Assembly (NCBI GenBank): GCA_034780895.1
Contig: JAUZTB010000071.1
Location: forward strand, 3,176,459-3,240,173
Direction: 5' to 3'
Length of the DNA stretch: 63,715 bases
Source of the DNA: Rhynchobatus australiae
Lineage: Eukaryota
Part shown: piece after piece, positions 27,024-39,260 of the stretch
Position numbering within the stretch: position 1 is the stretch's first letter
How the letters are laid out: each line of letters opens with the position of its first letter
The notes under the pieces: generated by a model
The model's input: only the letters and a program-made list of their open reading frames with translations
What the model was told of the DNA's origin: nothing
Database searches by the model: none
Translations under genes and position numbers: made by a program

Positions 27024-28125
27024 CTGAAAAAGAAAATGTTATAACAAAACGACTGTTGTAAAGAAAAGAAAAACAAAACCCTAAATCCAAGAAGCCCTCA
27101 GCATAGCAGACACTGACAGTGAGCAGCAGCTGAATTTCAATTGTCAAAATCTAGTTCCAGAATTCCAGTATTTTCATACTTTTACTCAATTCCATTTCAA
27201 TGTACCCGGGTGGTAATAACATTTGTCATACAACATGCTATAATACACCTTATTCCATGTTATTAGAAATGAAAACTTCACTTGTAATAAAATGTAACTT
27301 TAAAAGTTTGATGTGGAAGTTTCTCCAAATACAAAGTAATTTTCAATATATTTTGCTTCAATTACGCTGAACCCAAGGTTTATTATAATATTATTCGACA
27401 CTAGTATACAAAAGAATCATGGAAGATGTGTAGGCTGCAGTCAGATGTACAAACAGAAAAAGTAAAGAAAAATATCTTAGGACTATTACTACATTATAAG
27501 GAATCCAATCTGGTAAAGAACATAATGCTTCCTTTATGCTTAGCATTTACTTGCATAATATTTTGGCATCAAAGGATATATTTTGTGTATGTTAATGTTT
27601 TCAGCAGCCCACTTAACAAATTGGCAGAGGTTAATTGAAATCATGGCAACATCGTGTATACAGAATTATAGACACTGAATTTTTTGTTAAAAGCAGCGGG
27701 CAAAATGACCATGAATGGTATGTAATAACATTACTAACAAAATATGCCTTCTGTTGATCTTTTGTGGAATTTCTCAGGTGCATGAAGCCAGAAACTTTTC
27801 AATTCCATCTTGTGTTAGTTCAGCTATTTTGCTGTTTCCAAGTGAAATGGAATCACGGGGGCAGAATTCAATATAGCAATCGAACTCTTGTGTTTCTCTG
27901 CCATTTCGATGGATTGCAGCTGTCCTCCATGAGGTGCAAAGAAGCCCATTCGATAGTATTATTTTTGGCTTTGCATGTTTGCATTTCTCGTTATTGCTGT
28001 GGTCGTTGATAATTTTGGTACATTGCTCTGGCCAAATGAAACACTCTTGGTTGGCAACTGCTTTGCTTCTTATTATGAAGTGAAGCAAATGGCATGTTTA
28101 ATGAACAATCGTACTTTGCTAAAGT

Positions 28126-29820
28126 AAGGCCATAACACCATAAGACATAGGAGCAGAATTACGCCATTCGGCCCTTCGAGTTCCCTCCACGATTCGATCA
28201 TGGCTGATTTATTTTTCCCTCTCAACCCCATTCTCCTGCCTTCTCCCCGTATCCTTTGACACCTTTACTAATCAGGAACCTGTGAACCTCCACTTTAAAT
28301 ATACCCAATGATTTGGCCTCTACAGCCGTCTTTGGCAATGAATTCCACACATTCACCACTCACTGGCTGAAAAAATTCCTCCTCATCTCTGTTCCAAAGG
28401 GTCATCCTTCTATTCTGAGGCTGTGCCCTCTGGTCCTAGATTCTCCCACTACTAGAAACACCATCTCCACATCCACTCTATCCAGGCCTTTCAATATTGG
28501 GTATGTTTCAAAGTGATCCCTCATCCTTCTAAACTCAGGCCCAGAGCCGTCAAACCCTCCTCATACGTTAATTCTTTCATTCCCAGGATCATTCTTGGAA
28601 ACCTCCTCTGGACCTTCTCCAGTGCCAGTCCATCCTTCTTTAGGTATGGGGCCTAAACCTTCTCCCAATACTCCAAATTCAGTCTGAACAAGGCCTTATA
28701 AAGCCTCAGCATTCCATCCTTGTNNNNNNNNNNNNNNNNNNNNNNNNNNNNNNNNNNNNNNNNNNNNNNNNNNNNNNNNNNNNNNNNNNNNNNNNNNNNN
28801 NNNNNNNNNNNNNNNNNNNNNNNNNNNNNNNNNNNNNNNNNNNNNNNNNNNNNNNNNNNNNNNNNNNNNNNNNNNNNNNNNNNNNNNNNNNNNNNNNNNN
28901 NNNNNNNNNNNNNNNNNNNNNNNNNNNNNNNNNNNNNNNNNNNNNNNNNNNNNNNNNNNNNNNNNNNNNNNNNNNNNNNNNNNNNNNNNNNNNNNNNNNN
29001 NNNNNNNNNNNNNNNNNNNNNNNNNNNNNNNNNNNNNNNNNNNNNNNNNNNNNNNNNNNNNNNNNNNNNNNNNNNNNNNNNNNNNNNNNNNNNNNNNNNN
29101 NNNNNNNNNNNNNNNNNNNNNNNNNNNNNNNNNNNNNNNNNNNNNNNNNNNNNNNNNNNNNNNNNNNGTCTGAACAAGGCCTTATAAAGCCTCAGCATTC
29201 CATCCTTGTTTTAATATTCTAGTTCTCTCGAAATAATGATAATAATACATTTGCTTTCCTTATGACAGACCCAACCTGCAAGTTAACCTTTAAGGAATCC
29301 TGCACTAGGACTCCTTTTCACCTCCGATTTCTGAATTCACTCCCCGTTTGAAAAATAGTCTACACCTTTATTCCAAAGTGAATGCTGTGTTCCATCTGCC
29401 ACTTCTTTGCTCAATATCCCAACCTGTCCAAGTCCTTCTGCAGACTCCCTGCTTCCTCAACACTACCTGCCCCTTCACCTATCTTTGCATCATCCACAAA
29501 CTTGGCCAGAAAGCCTTCAATTCCATCGTCCAGATTATTAACATATAACATGAAAAGTAGCGGACCCAACACCGACCTGTGCAGAACACCACTAGTCACC
29601 GGCAGCCAACGAGAAAATGCCCCCCTTTTTACCCCCTTTGTCTTTTGCCAGTCAGCCAATCTTCTATCCATGTTGGTACCTTACCTGCAATACCACGGTC
29701 TCCTATCTTGTTTAGCAGCCTCATGTGAGGCACCTTGTCAAAGGCCTTCTGAAAATCCAAGTAAACAACATCCACCGACTTTCCTTTGTCTCTCCTGTCT
29801 GTTACTTCCTCAAAGAATTA
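28126..29820 (-). mobile_element. 5'-truncated CR1 LINE (RT to 3' tail) split by a false gap
   Basis: ORF 29411-29671 WLPVTSGVLHRSVLGPLLFMLYVNNLDDG..KFVDDAKIG..LQKDLDRL is CR1 RT; MLRLYKALFR..LEY; 3' tail at 28126-28170; the same ~42 bp occurs on both sides of the gap. Confidence 0.93.
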
Positions 29821-29828
29821 CAAAGAAA

Positions 29829-30030
29829 ACAAAAATAAAAACAGAAAACTCTGGAACGCTCAGTCGATCAAGCAGCATCAACAGAGAAAGATCAAAATAC
29901 AGATAAAACCTCAGGTCAATAAGGAACAGCGTGTCCAGCAGCATCTGTGGAGGGATAGGAACTGCCGACTGTGTTCCTGTGCTGTATTGTTCCAGGTTCA
30001 ATGTTCGAGTCGAAACCCTGCATCAGGATG
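29829..30030 (-). mobile_element. Nested Penelope-like tail fragments with decayed hammerhead
   Basis: Two arm copies (CTGGAACGCTCAGTCGATCAAGCAGCATC and GTCCAGCAGCATCTGTGGAGGG); minus strand of 30002-30030 reads CATC-CTGATGC-AGGGTTTCGACTC-GAACA. Confidence 0.65.
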
Positions 30031-30619
30031 TTAACGCTGCAGGAGGTCGCAACCCAAGTTCATAAGNNNNNNNNNNAAACAGATCTGAGAAATTGGCATT
30101 TGATTTACTTGCAGAAAAATGCTCTTTTGTGTGTGCGCGCGTGTGTGTGGGAGGGGGTTTGAGGGGGGAGGTGATTGAAAGAAGCCTTTATAAGTAGGAA
30201 CGGTCTGAACATGTTCTGAAAAGTGGGCGTTCCTCTAGCTGGATCTGGAAACTGGCAATGTAGCTACAACAGTATCAGAAAAACGTTGTGGTACTCAGTT
30301 TCAGAGCGTGCCCAATACTGCATTTGAGATTTCATTACTTCAAAAACCATGTCAACAGAGTGAGGCAAGGTATATAAACACACAAGAGTAGCACTGCCAA
30401 GTCCTGGAACCGAGACTTAAACACTGCTCATTATAAAAGAATCTCTGTGCACAAAAATGAGGCAATTCAGCCACGTTGTAAACCAACGTGGAATCTTATG
30501 GTGTTTAATCCCAATTCGTCTGAAGGCAAAACCATTGTTGCTGGGTCTTGGCAACTCGGAATCGAAGGAATGCAAACTTTAAAAGGTTCCGAGGCTTCAT
30601 GTGGTTGCAGAGAAAGGAG

Positions 30620-30980
30620 AATATGGGTGCATTTGAACATATAGATGGATATTTGATTTATAGGTATTGCTGGACTAGGAACTGGGGCAAGGGGCAGTTA
30701 AGATTTGCCGAAATGATACCAGGAAAGAGGTGCTACAGTTACGTGGAGAAACGAGAGGTTTATGAGATATTTGATGAGATATTCAAAATAGAAGCACTAT
30801 TTTTTTCCATTCGTGGATGGGTCAGCAACAACAGCAGGACATTTACGGTATTTGACAGAGACTAGAAGCGAGGTGAAAATATTTTAGAGTAAATAAGTTG
30901 TTATGATCAGGATTGCACTTTATGGAACCATTATAGAAGCAGATCCAACGGGAGTTTTCAAAGAGAAATTTAACGTACGT
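30620..30980 (+). mobile_element. Decayed CR1 3' fragment
   Basis: GQLRFAEMIPGKRCYSYVEK in ORF 30548-30865 matches the CR1 QRRFTRMIPG..SYEER motif. Confidence 0.6.
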
Positions 30981-31049
30981 ATGACAAACAAAGAGAGAAC
31001 ATCATATTAAATGCTGTCTTTATTTCCCTGCGATTCACTACCAATTAAG

Positions 31050-31165
31050 ACACAAAATCTGTAGATGCTGAGAATCCGGAATGAAAACAGAAAATGCTAG
31101 GGATACTCATCAGATTACCCAATTGAAACGTTAACTCTGTTTCCCTTGAGCATTTCCAAATGTAT
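31050..31165. mobile_element. Decayed Penelope-derived fold-back remnant
   Basis: CTGTAGATGCTGAGAATCCGGAATGAAAACAGAAAATGCTAGGGATACTCA followed by TGAAACGTTAACTCTGTTTCC in the opposite orientation. Confidence 0.55.
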
Positions 31166-31985
31166 CAGCTTTTGTCACAGCCAATTAAATACTTTTGATA
31201 TGTAGTTACTGCTGCAGGGGGGTCCAGTAGTAAGTTTGTGCAGAGAAATCTGGAGATAGCAATACGGTAAAGGACCACGTCCGTGTCTTGAGTAACCAAA
31301 TAATGCCAGAGAGACGTCAGCTTCCAGCAGTAGTATTCGCTTTTCACCTCCATGACAGATTGCACTGTGGTATACCATGTGATCCAAATGACATTTCCGA
31401 CAGCAGAGTTCGCCCAAAGTATTCTCCTCCTACATTCTGCGCTCTGAGACCACTCCATGTCGAGTGGACAACCCGAGTATTTCCTGAATGCTTGACTTAC
31501 TGATGATTATATCATCTCTGGGAAAGAACGTGACTTGAACCCACATTCCAGGTTCGATTTGTACGTTCTTAGATCTGAAATGCTCCATTGTACCACTTCT
31601 CAATATTTTGACTAAACATCGCTTATCACATTTACTGCTTCTACACAAAGCAGTCGTCACTCCACTGCACAATTCTCGGTAAACCAGTCTGAGTCCCTGG
31701 CAATGGCTACGCAAACGCATTATTGCCGAAAAAGCAGATGATGTAACCAAATGCTACTGGGAGTTATGTTATTCCGTTTCTTTGAGAAATGAAAGCCGAA
31801 TGAAAATCCTATGAATCACGATTTTTGTTCTGGGTTCCCTGCGCTATGTGACGGAATGCGCGGAGGATCGCGTGCACACACCCTGACGTCCAACAACATG
31901 CAACGCATATCCAGGTGCCAGTGGCAGGATTTTCATTAGCTTCGCTGAGGCTCGCCTTTGGTGTAGCTGCTCCTGAAGAAAAAGG

Positions 31986-32052
31986 TTTTCTCAATGTCCA
32001 TACCCCCTATTTATCTGCAAAAGGTAAATAGGAGGTATGGATATTGAGAAAA
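31986..32052. repeat. 31-bp inverted repeat with 5-nt loop
   Basis: Arms 31986-32016 and 32022-32052; 28 of 31 Watson-Crick pairs, plus 2 G-U pairs and 1 C-A mismatch on the + strand. Confidence 0.9.
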
Positions 32053-33264
32053 GGGAACCGCCTCGGGCAGATCCAGCTCAGTGCTGGGAAGACAGCTCAC
32101 GTAGGTCCCCTTTTAAGTTACTAACCTACACATTCTCCTTTACCCCGCCCATATTCTATCGACCCCAACCCTGAACACAGGTCCAAACCAGCCCGTCCGC
32201 CATCACCTGCACTAATCGCTGGGAATCCTCCCTCACCCTGAGCCTCGNNNNNNNNNNCTATTTCTGCGCATATGTCCCCCATGTCTCCATAACTACTCAG
32301 ACCCAGCCACAGCCCCTGACCGACTTAATTCCCTTTGTCCATTCTGTACAGCACACAAAAGAACGGTCATTCCCATTGTAAGGCCGACTCAGCAATCCCT
32401 TGGAGTTCGCATGCTCTTCAATTTCCAAGCGGTGCCTCCAAGAGCAGATCTGTCAGAGGCCCAATGTGCAGTGCCAACAAATACACCCGTGCGAGCACCG
32501 AGGAAATTTTAGGCTTTGGTAAATTCCACTTTATAAAATTTTTAACAGGGTGTTGCACTCGCTTGAATGTTTACTCAAACCAGAAAAAGAAATTGTGTGC
32601 ATAATCTCCTGTCTCTTGCTTTAATAAATTCTTTGATCGAGTGTTGAGTTGAATATCCATGTCCATGTAAATTTGGTGTCTATTGATACGATGGTGATGA
32701 TAATCCAACAATGGGATGTTGGCGTGCTGCATTATAAATGGGGCACATTGTTCATGAGTTCAAAATCTCCAAACTCCCCATATTTTAATATAAACTCACC
32801 CCTGAAATATTGCAATGAATGTTAAACGCAAATCCAAAACATTTAAATGAACTTGTTTTCTCTTCGTCATTGCATTGTTGTTCCTTACACCTGCTACTTG
32901 TTGCCTGATTGAGAGGCGACAGATTGCGTGGCGTTTACCTTGGGAATTATTTAGTAACCCTGTTCCAAGTACATTACATGCAAGCACTGTTCATGGTTCA
33001 TTGTTCCTCACCGGAAATTTCAATAGGGGACGCTCTAACCAAAACTGCCCGTTCTCAGCCAGTCTCTAACCAGTTGTTTCAAAGTCCAAATGAGATGAAC
33101 AGGTGACGTCACAGAGGCATAAGACTTGTGTTGTCATTTCCTTTAAAATATTTAGCGAATTATTACAGCATAACGATAGTCTAACATCTTTAATCGTTTT
33201 ATAATAACGAAGAGTGGGAGATGGAAGCGTGGATACACTTGTGGGCTGCCCCCAGAACAGTCTA

Positions 33265-33325
33265 CGCAAAAATGCATTTCACTGTGTTTCGATGTACATG
33301 TGACTAATAAAGATCTTAACTTATG
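33265..33325 (+). mobile_element. Short LINE 3' tail fragment
   Basis: AAAATGCATTTCACTGTGTTTCGATGTACATGTGACTAATAAAG followed by ATCTTAACTTA tail. Confidence 0.55.
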
Positions 33326-34669
33326 AGTGACCAAAATACGATTTGGCTGTAACGAAGAAATTAAAAGAATTCCAAAATCAAGTTAACAATAAAGTGACAG
33401 CAATATTGATATTTACTTTTTCCTGCTCAAATTTTTGTTAAGCAAAGATGTGAACTAACAATTACTCCAATATATAAATAACGGATTCTACCAATTTCAC
33501 AACACCAAAGGCACACGTTAAAGAAGACTTGTTATTCAAATGTGAAGATAAAGGGCTGGCAAAGTAGTCCGCATCTATTGGCAGCGAAAGCATTTCACTT
33601 TCTTGTTCTGTCTGTTTCTTTGGATTTCTTCCAATTGCCTACTCCTTCATGAAATCATAACATAGTATTTTTTTTTAGTTTTCTGTTTCTTTTTTCATAC
33701 TGCCTCCCACTTATTCCTCTCTCTCTTAAGATACACCACCCTCCCCCGTTCTTCCTCCGTCATCCGTACCGTTCCTCCTTCCTCGCCAGGTACTATGCAG
33801 TATTTGTCTACCGCTTTTGCTTCAATGAAAACATTAAATTCTTTCAGATCATGCGATAATGTTCAGAACGTTAAACCACATGAAGTGTGCGAAATGTTCG
33901 AGAACAGTAGTTGGCTAGAGCTTTGGAAAAGTGCCTGTAGGTAGATTGTGCATGAATAAAATTAATTTCCCAACTTCAATCATTAGCAACAACAGACACA
34001 TCACAAGACTTACAAATTTATGCGGAAAGCGTGTGTATAATAATCTGATAAATGGTGCAGTTCTGATATACAAAATAAAATAGTACACTCCTGCAGTTTG
34101 GTGGAAGGACTATTNNNNNNNNNNNNNNNNNNNNNNNNNNNNNNNNNNNNNNNNNNNNNNNNNNNNNNNNNNNNNNNNNNNNNNNNNNNNNNNNNNNNNN
34201 NNNNNNNNNNNNNNNNNNNNNNNNNNNNNNNNNNNNNNNNNNNNNNNNNNNNNNNNNNNNNNAGTTATGAAGTGGAGACTTTTGCCTGAGATGGCACATT
34301 AAATGCTTAATGACAACAAAGCCAAATGTCCCATGTTATGTGGGCATAATTTAATGCATCCTAGTTTATTAGGATTCACACGAAATACTAAAATTTATTT
34401 TAAGTACTTGGAAAACCATAAATAACGTCATGCGAATGCATTGGAATGGAAGTATGAATTATTTATATGCAGTTAAAGTGTTTCATCAACAGCCATTTCA
34501 TCCAGTTCCAACTAAACACTCTGGATCTCTATTTAGCTGTGGATGTCAGAAGATGTTACAAAGGTTATAAATAATACTAATTGTTTTGGAAAACCCAGAC
34601 GAAAAGAAACACCCAAATACTTGAAATACAAGAAGAAGACAGCAAATGTCAGAAATTCAGCCATAACAG

Positions 34670-35570
34670 GATACAGCCGGATATCGATCAGTTACAGATG
34701 ACAGCAGGATATGGATCAGTTACAGATATGACGGAGAAATGAAAGATAGAGTTTAATCCGGGCCACTGTGAGGTGTTGCACTTTGGGAGGTCAAATGTAA
34801 GGGGAAAGTATTCAGTTAATGGAAGGACCCTTAACAACATTATTGTACCCGAGAGATCTTGAGGTCCAAGTCCATAGGTCCCTAAAAGTGGCCACGCAAG
34901 TAGATAAGATGGGGAAGAAAGCATATGGCATGCTTGCCTTCATTAACCGGGGCATTGAGTATAAGTGTAAAGAAGTCATGTTGCATCTGCATAATACTTT
35001 GGTTAGGCCACACTTGGAGCATTGTATGCAACTCTGGTCACCCATTAAAGGAAGGATGTGGAGGTTTTTAAAAGTTGTAGAAGAGATTTACCAGGATGCT
35101 GACTGGATTAGAGGGTATGAGATATAAGGAGAAGTTGGACAAACTTAGGTTGTTTTCTCTGGAGCGCTGGTGGTCGAGAGGGACCCGGTAGAAGTTTATA
35201 AAGTTATGAGAGGCATAGATAGGTTAGACATTCAGAACCTTTCTCCCAGAGTAGAAATTTCAAATGCTACAGGACGTACTTTAAGGTGAGGCGAGGGGAG
35301 GGAGGGGGGAGTTAAAAGAAGATGTACGGGGCAAGTTTTTACAACAGTGAGTGATGGGTATCTGGAACGGACTGCCGGGTGGAAGCAGATACGATTGTGG
35401 CATTTAAGTAGCTTTTAGACAGAGAAATTAATGTGCATGGAATAGAGAGATATAGATCATATAGAGGAGTAGAAAAGATTTAGTTTAATTTGGTATTATT
35501 TTCGGCGAGGACATGGTGAGCAGAAGGGCCTGTTCCTGACTGTACTGTTCTATGTTCTGTGTTTCATGTT
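34670..35570 (+). mobile_element. 5'-truncated CR1 LINE
   Basis: ORF 34819-35127 KKAYGMLAFINRGIEYKCKEVMLHLHNTLVRPHLEHCMQLWSP; tail GAAGGGCCTGTT...GTTCTATGTTCTGTGTTTCATGTTC. Confidence 0.92.
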
Positions 35571-35843
35571 CCAGATTCATTGAAATTTCACCCCCCACAT
35601 TTCAGATCCACTTGTGATTACAAGTTTATTCATGATATTAAACATTTGTTGAATCTCTGTTTTTGTTGTCTCCTGAGATCGATGATTAATGTCATGCAGC
35701 GACAAGTGTATGCTCTTGTTATTTCTCTAAAGTAGCACTGCCTTACTCCGTCTCAAAACTACCGTGGTCCCCAGTTCCAATTCATCTTTTACCTCAATAT
35801 TTCTTCAGCAGAAGGCCAGTTCTAATGAATGTTCATTGACCTG

Positions 35844-36504
35844 GACAGTGAAACAGTTGTCTAAGATTACAACAGGATCAAGATCAACCGGGAAAGTGGG
35901 CCAAGGAATGGCAGATAGAACTTAACTCGGACAAGTGTGAAGTGTTGCATTTTTTGTAAGTTAAACGTGGGAAGGACTTACGCAGCAAATGTCGGGGCTC
36001 TGGAGAGTTTTGTACTTCATTAAGCTGGAAAGGGTGCAGAAAAGATTCACAAAGATGTCACCAGATCTGGAGGATACGGGTTACAAGAAGAGACTGGCCG
36101 TTTTCACTCTGGAGCGCAGGAAGCGGAGAGAAGTTGTAGATGTATGTAAAATCATGAGGGGTATTAATAAGCTGAATAGTCAAGTCTTTTTCCCAGGGCA
36201 ACGGGGTCTAAAACAAGAGGGCATGGATTTAAGGTGAGGGGAGAATTTTAAAGGAGACTTCAGGGGGATTTTTTTCAGGCAGAGTGTGCTGAGTGGAATG
36301 TGCTGCCAGAGGAAGTGGGAGAGGCAGGTACAATTACAATGTTTAAAATACTTTTGGACAACGAAGTGAGTAGAAAAGATTTAGAGGAATATGGGCTGAA
36401 CGTGGGCAAATGGACTAGTTCAGGTAGGCCATTTTGCTCAGCATGGACGAGTCGGACCGAAGGGCCTGTTGCTGTGCTTTAAAATCTGTGACTCCATGTC
36501 TCTA
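35844..36504 (+). mobile_element. Internally deleted CR1 fragment inserted in an old Penelope tail
   Basis: IKLERVQKRFTKMSP...VCKIMRG; tail TCTGTGACTCCATGTCTCTATGAC; TGACCTG on both sides (35837-35843, 36505-36511). Confidence 0.85.
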
Positions 36505-36859
36505 TGACCTGAAAGATTAACTCTGCTTCCTTTTCCACATACATTGCCTGAGCTGATAATCATTTTTAGGATCTCGTGTTTTTATTGAGACGTGTGAAAG
36601 ATCTGACCAATTCATTCAGTTTGTCGATTCATTAAGCTTTATTTGAGAAAAGCTACAATTATACCCTATCCAAGAAACTGCAGTATATATGATACTGGCA
36701 AAGACATTCCATTAATTTCTGAATTGCAGGATTGTTGGCTTGGATGAAATTTTGACCATTACCTCCACTAAATCAAGGAGTAAAGCGGTTTCACATGCAA
36801 AATTACTTTTAAGCCTCTACTTCAATTAGAACCAAAAAAAAAGAGTTATAGTGACAGAT

Positions 36860-37620
36860 CGCTATGGCATCGATCAAACTTCTTCCTTCATTCAATAACG
36901 TAATGGCTGATTTAGCAATTATACTCTCCCACTCATTCCTTACATCCATTGATGTCTCAAAATCTATTTCATTGTTGAATATACTCAATGATCAGGCTCT
37001 TGGGTAATAAAGTCCAAAGATTCACAATATTTTGAAAAAAAGATATTTCTGCTAATCTTAGTCCTAATTTGTCAATGGAGAGATCATAAATATTGGTTCC
37101 GAGCTAAAGAAACAGCCTCTTAACATTTACTGTATCAACATCCCGAAGACTTTATCTGCTTCATTGGAACCATCTCTCATATGTTTAAACACAAAATAAC
37201 ATTAGTACATTCTATTCAATTCCTCTTCAAAGAACAGCCCTTCATTCTTGGAGCTAATCCCGTGAACCTTCGTTCCACATCGTCAAAAGAATGTATATTT
37301 GCTTGGGTAAAGGAATCAAAACAGTATAGAGTACCTCAGATCCTCTCTCACTAGGAGCCTCCAGAATTGTAGCAAAACGCCATTATTCTTACATCCCAAC
37401 CCACTTGAATTACATGCCATTTTCGTTCCTAAATGTTCATGGCACCGGGACATTAACATTCCCTGATTTCTCCGACTCTCTATACTTCTCAAGATAAGCA
37501 TTTAACGATTTTCCATTTCAAAAAGGAATCAGCTTTTTTTCATTTTGTTTCTACCAAAGCAGATAAATTCCTATTTTTCCACATTTTACTCTATCTGCCA
37601 ACTTCCTGTTCAATCACTTA
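36860..37620 (-). mobile_element. Old decayed CR1 fragment
   Basis: Antisense CR1 3' landmarks (TCCAAAGATTCACAA, CTAATCTTAGTCCTAAT, GTGAACCTTCGTT, TTTTCCACATTTTACTCTATCTGCCA). Confidence 0.6.
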
Positions 37621-37659
37621 TTTTATTCTTTTATTTTTCAGGATTTGCGTGCCCAGAAT

Positions 37660-38700
37660 TTAATGACCTTCCCCAAATGCTCCTGAGAAGGCAGTGTTGA
37701 AGCAACTACCTGAACTGCTACAGTTCTGCTGAAGCAAAAAAAGCAAGTTGCTGGAGGAACTCATCGGGGAAGGCAGCATCTGTGGAGGCAAAGGAATAGT
37801 CAATGTTTTGGACTGTGACCCTGTATCAGGACTCGTCTGCTACAGACCTCCTGGTGTAGGTAGTCATAAAACTTTCCTTGTACCGGAGTTCCAGGATTTA
37901 GATCTTAAATTTGCAAGTCGGGGTGATGGGTGACTTGAAGGGGAAGAGTAAAATGGTGTTCCTCCCATACACTGCTGCCTTTGGAGTTCATGGTTATAAA
38001 GGATGCAGGTTTCGCCGCCAATATAGCCCAGGTAAGCAACTGCAGTGCATTTTGTAGATGGCACTGTCTGCAGTTATGGTTTGATGATCTTGCAAGAACT
38101 GAATATTTGGGCGTTGAATGAGGTGAAAATCAACCCGACTATTTTGTCGTGGATAGTATTGAGTTTCTTAAATTTTCAGAACTCGACTCATACAGACAAA
38201 TGGGGTCTATTCTATCACAAACCTAAATTATTCTTTGTTGATAATGGAAAGGCTTTCGTTGCCAAGAGCTACGTTACTCACTTCACCTCTGCTCTACGCC
38301 TGCGACCACGATAGTTATGTGACTGGTCCAGTTGAGTTTCTGACTAACCTGTCTCCCGGGATGTTGATAGTTGAGAACCGCAATACTATTGATATCAATA
38401 GTAGGTGATTACATTCTTTTTTTTTGAGACGCGTATTACCTGGAACATTTGTGACATTAATACTGTTTGTCACCTATCAGCTGATACCAACTGCTGCCTA
38501 GATCTCAGTACATTGAGATATGAACTGCTTCATTTGCTGAGGAATTGCAAATAGAACTGAGCATTATGTAGTTATCAGTGAACACTCCCGCTTCTGACCT
38601 GATGATGGAAAGATTATTGTTGAAGCAGCAGAAGATGGCTATATCTAGTGTACTTTCCTGAAGTGGCTGATGAGGACAATGTGGAACCCATAGGCTCTGA
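37660..38700 (-). mobile_element. Old CR1-like LINE fragment, host of a Penelope insertion
   Basis: GGTCCAGTTGAGTTTCTG...GGGATGTTGATAG and GCTTCTGACCTGATGATGGAAAG...TTGAAGCAGCAGAAGATGG; minus-strand FCCFNNNLSIIRSEAGVFTDN resembles RT I-N-D-L...F-A-D-D. Confidence 0.6.
37724..37836 (-). mobile_element. 113-bp Penelope-tail insertion with 9-bp TSD and decayed hammerhead
   Basis: CTGCTACAG at 37715-37723 and 37837-37845; minus strand GAGTC-CTGATAC-AGGGTCACAGTCC-AAAAC-ATT-GACTA. Confidence 0.8.
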
Positions 38701-38839
38701 CACAGATGGACAGGGAAAGCTTGAGAGGATAGTTTGGGATGTAGTGTGACCCGTCTGTAATTTATGCTAGAATTTGGATATGGGTGCACAAACACACACA
38801 AACACAGTGAAGATAAATAAATAGCAAACATATTAAGAG

Positions 38840-39260
38840 CACGAATCGGCTATTCAGTCCCTCAAGACTGTTCCAACATTTAAGGTCATGGTTGATCTTA
38901 TTGTAACTGCAACACTGTATTCCTGTCTGCCCTCGACAACCTTTCACCGTATTTGCATATTATGGATCTCTGCCTTAAAAATAATCTGACTTTGTTTCCT
39001 TTAATGGAGAGAGTTTCAAAGACTCACAAACCTCTGAGAGAAGAAAATTCTCCTCATCTTGCCTTAATAGACAAACCTTTTTTTAAAAACTGTGATCTCT
39101 AGTTTTGGATTCTCCAACATCTTTCCACATCCACCCTGACAAGATGCCCTGGGATCATTTGTTTCAATCCAATTGCCTTTAACTCTTCTAAGCTCCACGA
39201 GGTACAAACTTAGCCTGCAGCCTTTCCTCGTAAGATAGCCCAACCGCTACAGGTATTTAA
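38840..39260 (-). mobile_element. CR1 3' fragment
   Basis: CGGCTATTCAGTCCCTCAAGACTGTTCC..TCATGGTTGATC..GAGAAGAAAATTCTCCTCATC parallels 28160-28390. Confidence 0.7.

Noticed and set aside
31400-31760. Possible tRNA-like head on the minus strand (GGGTTCAAGTC)
   Set aside because: B-box-like word only, no cloverleaf; at most a decayed SINE
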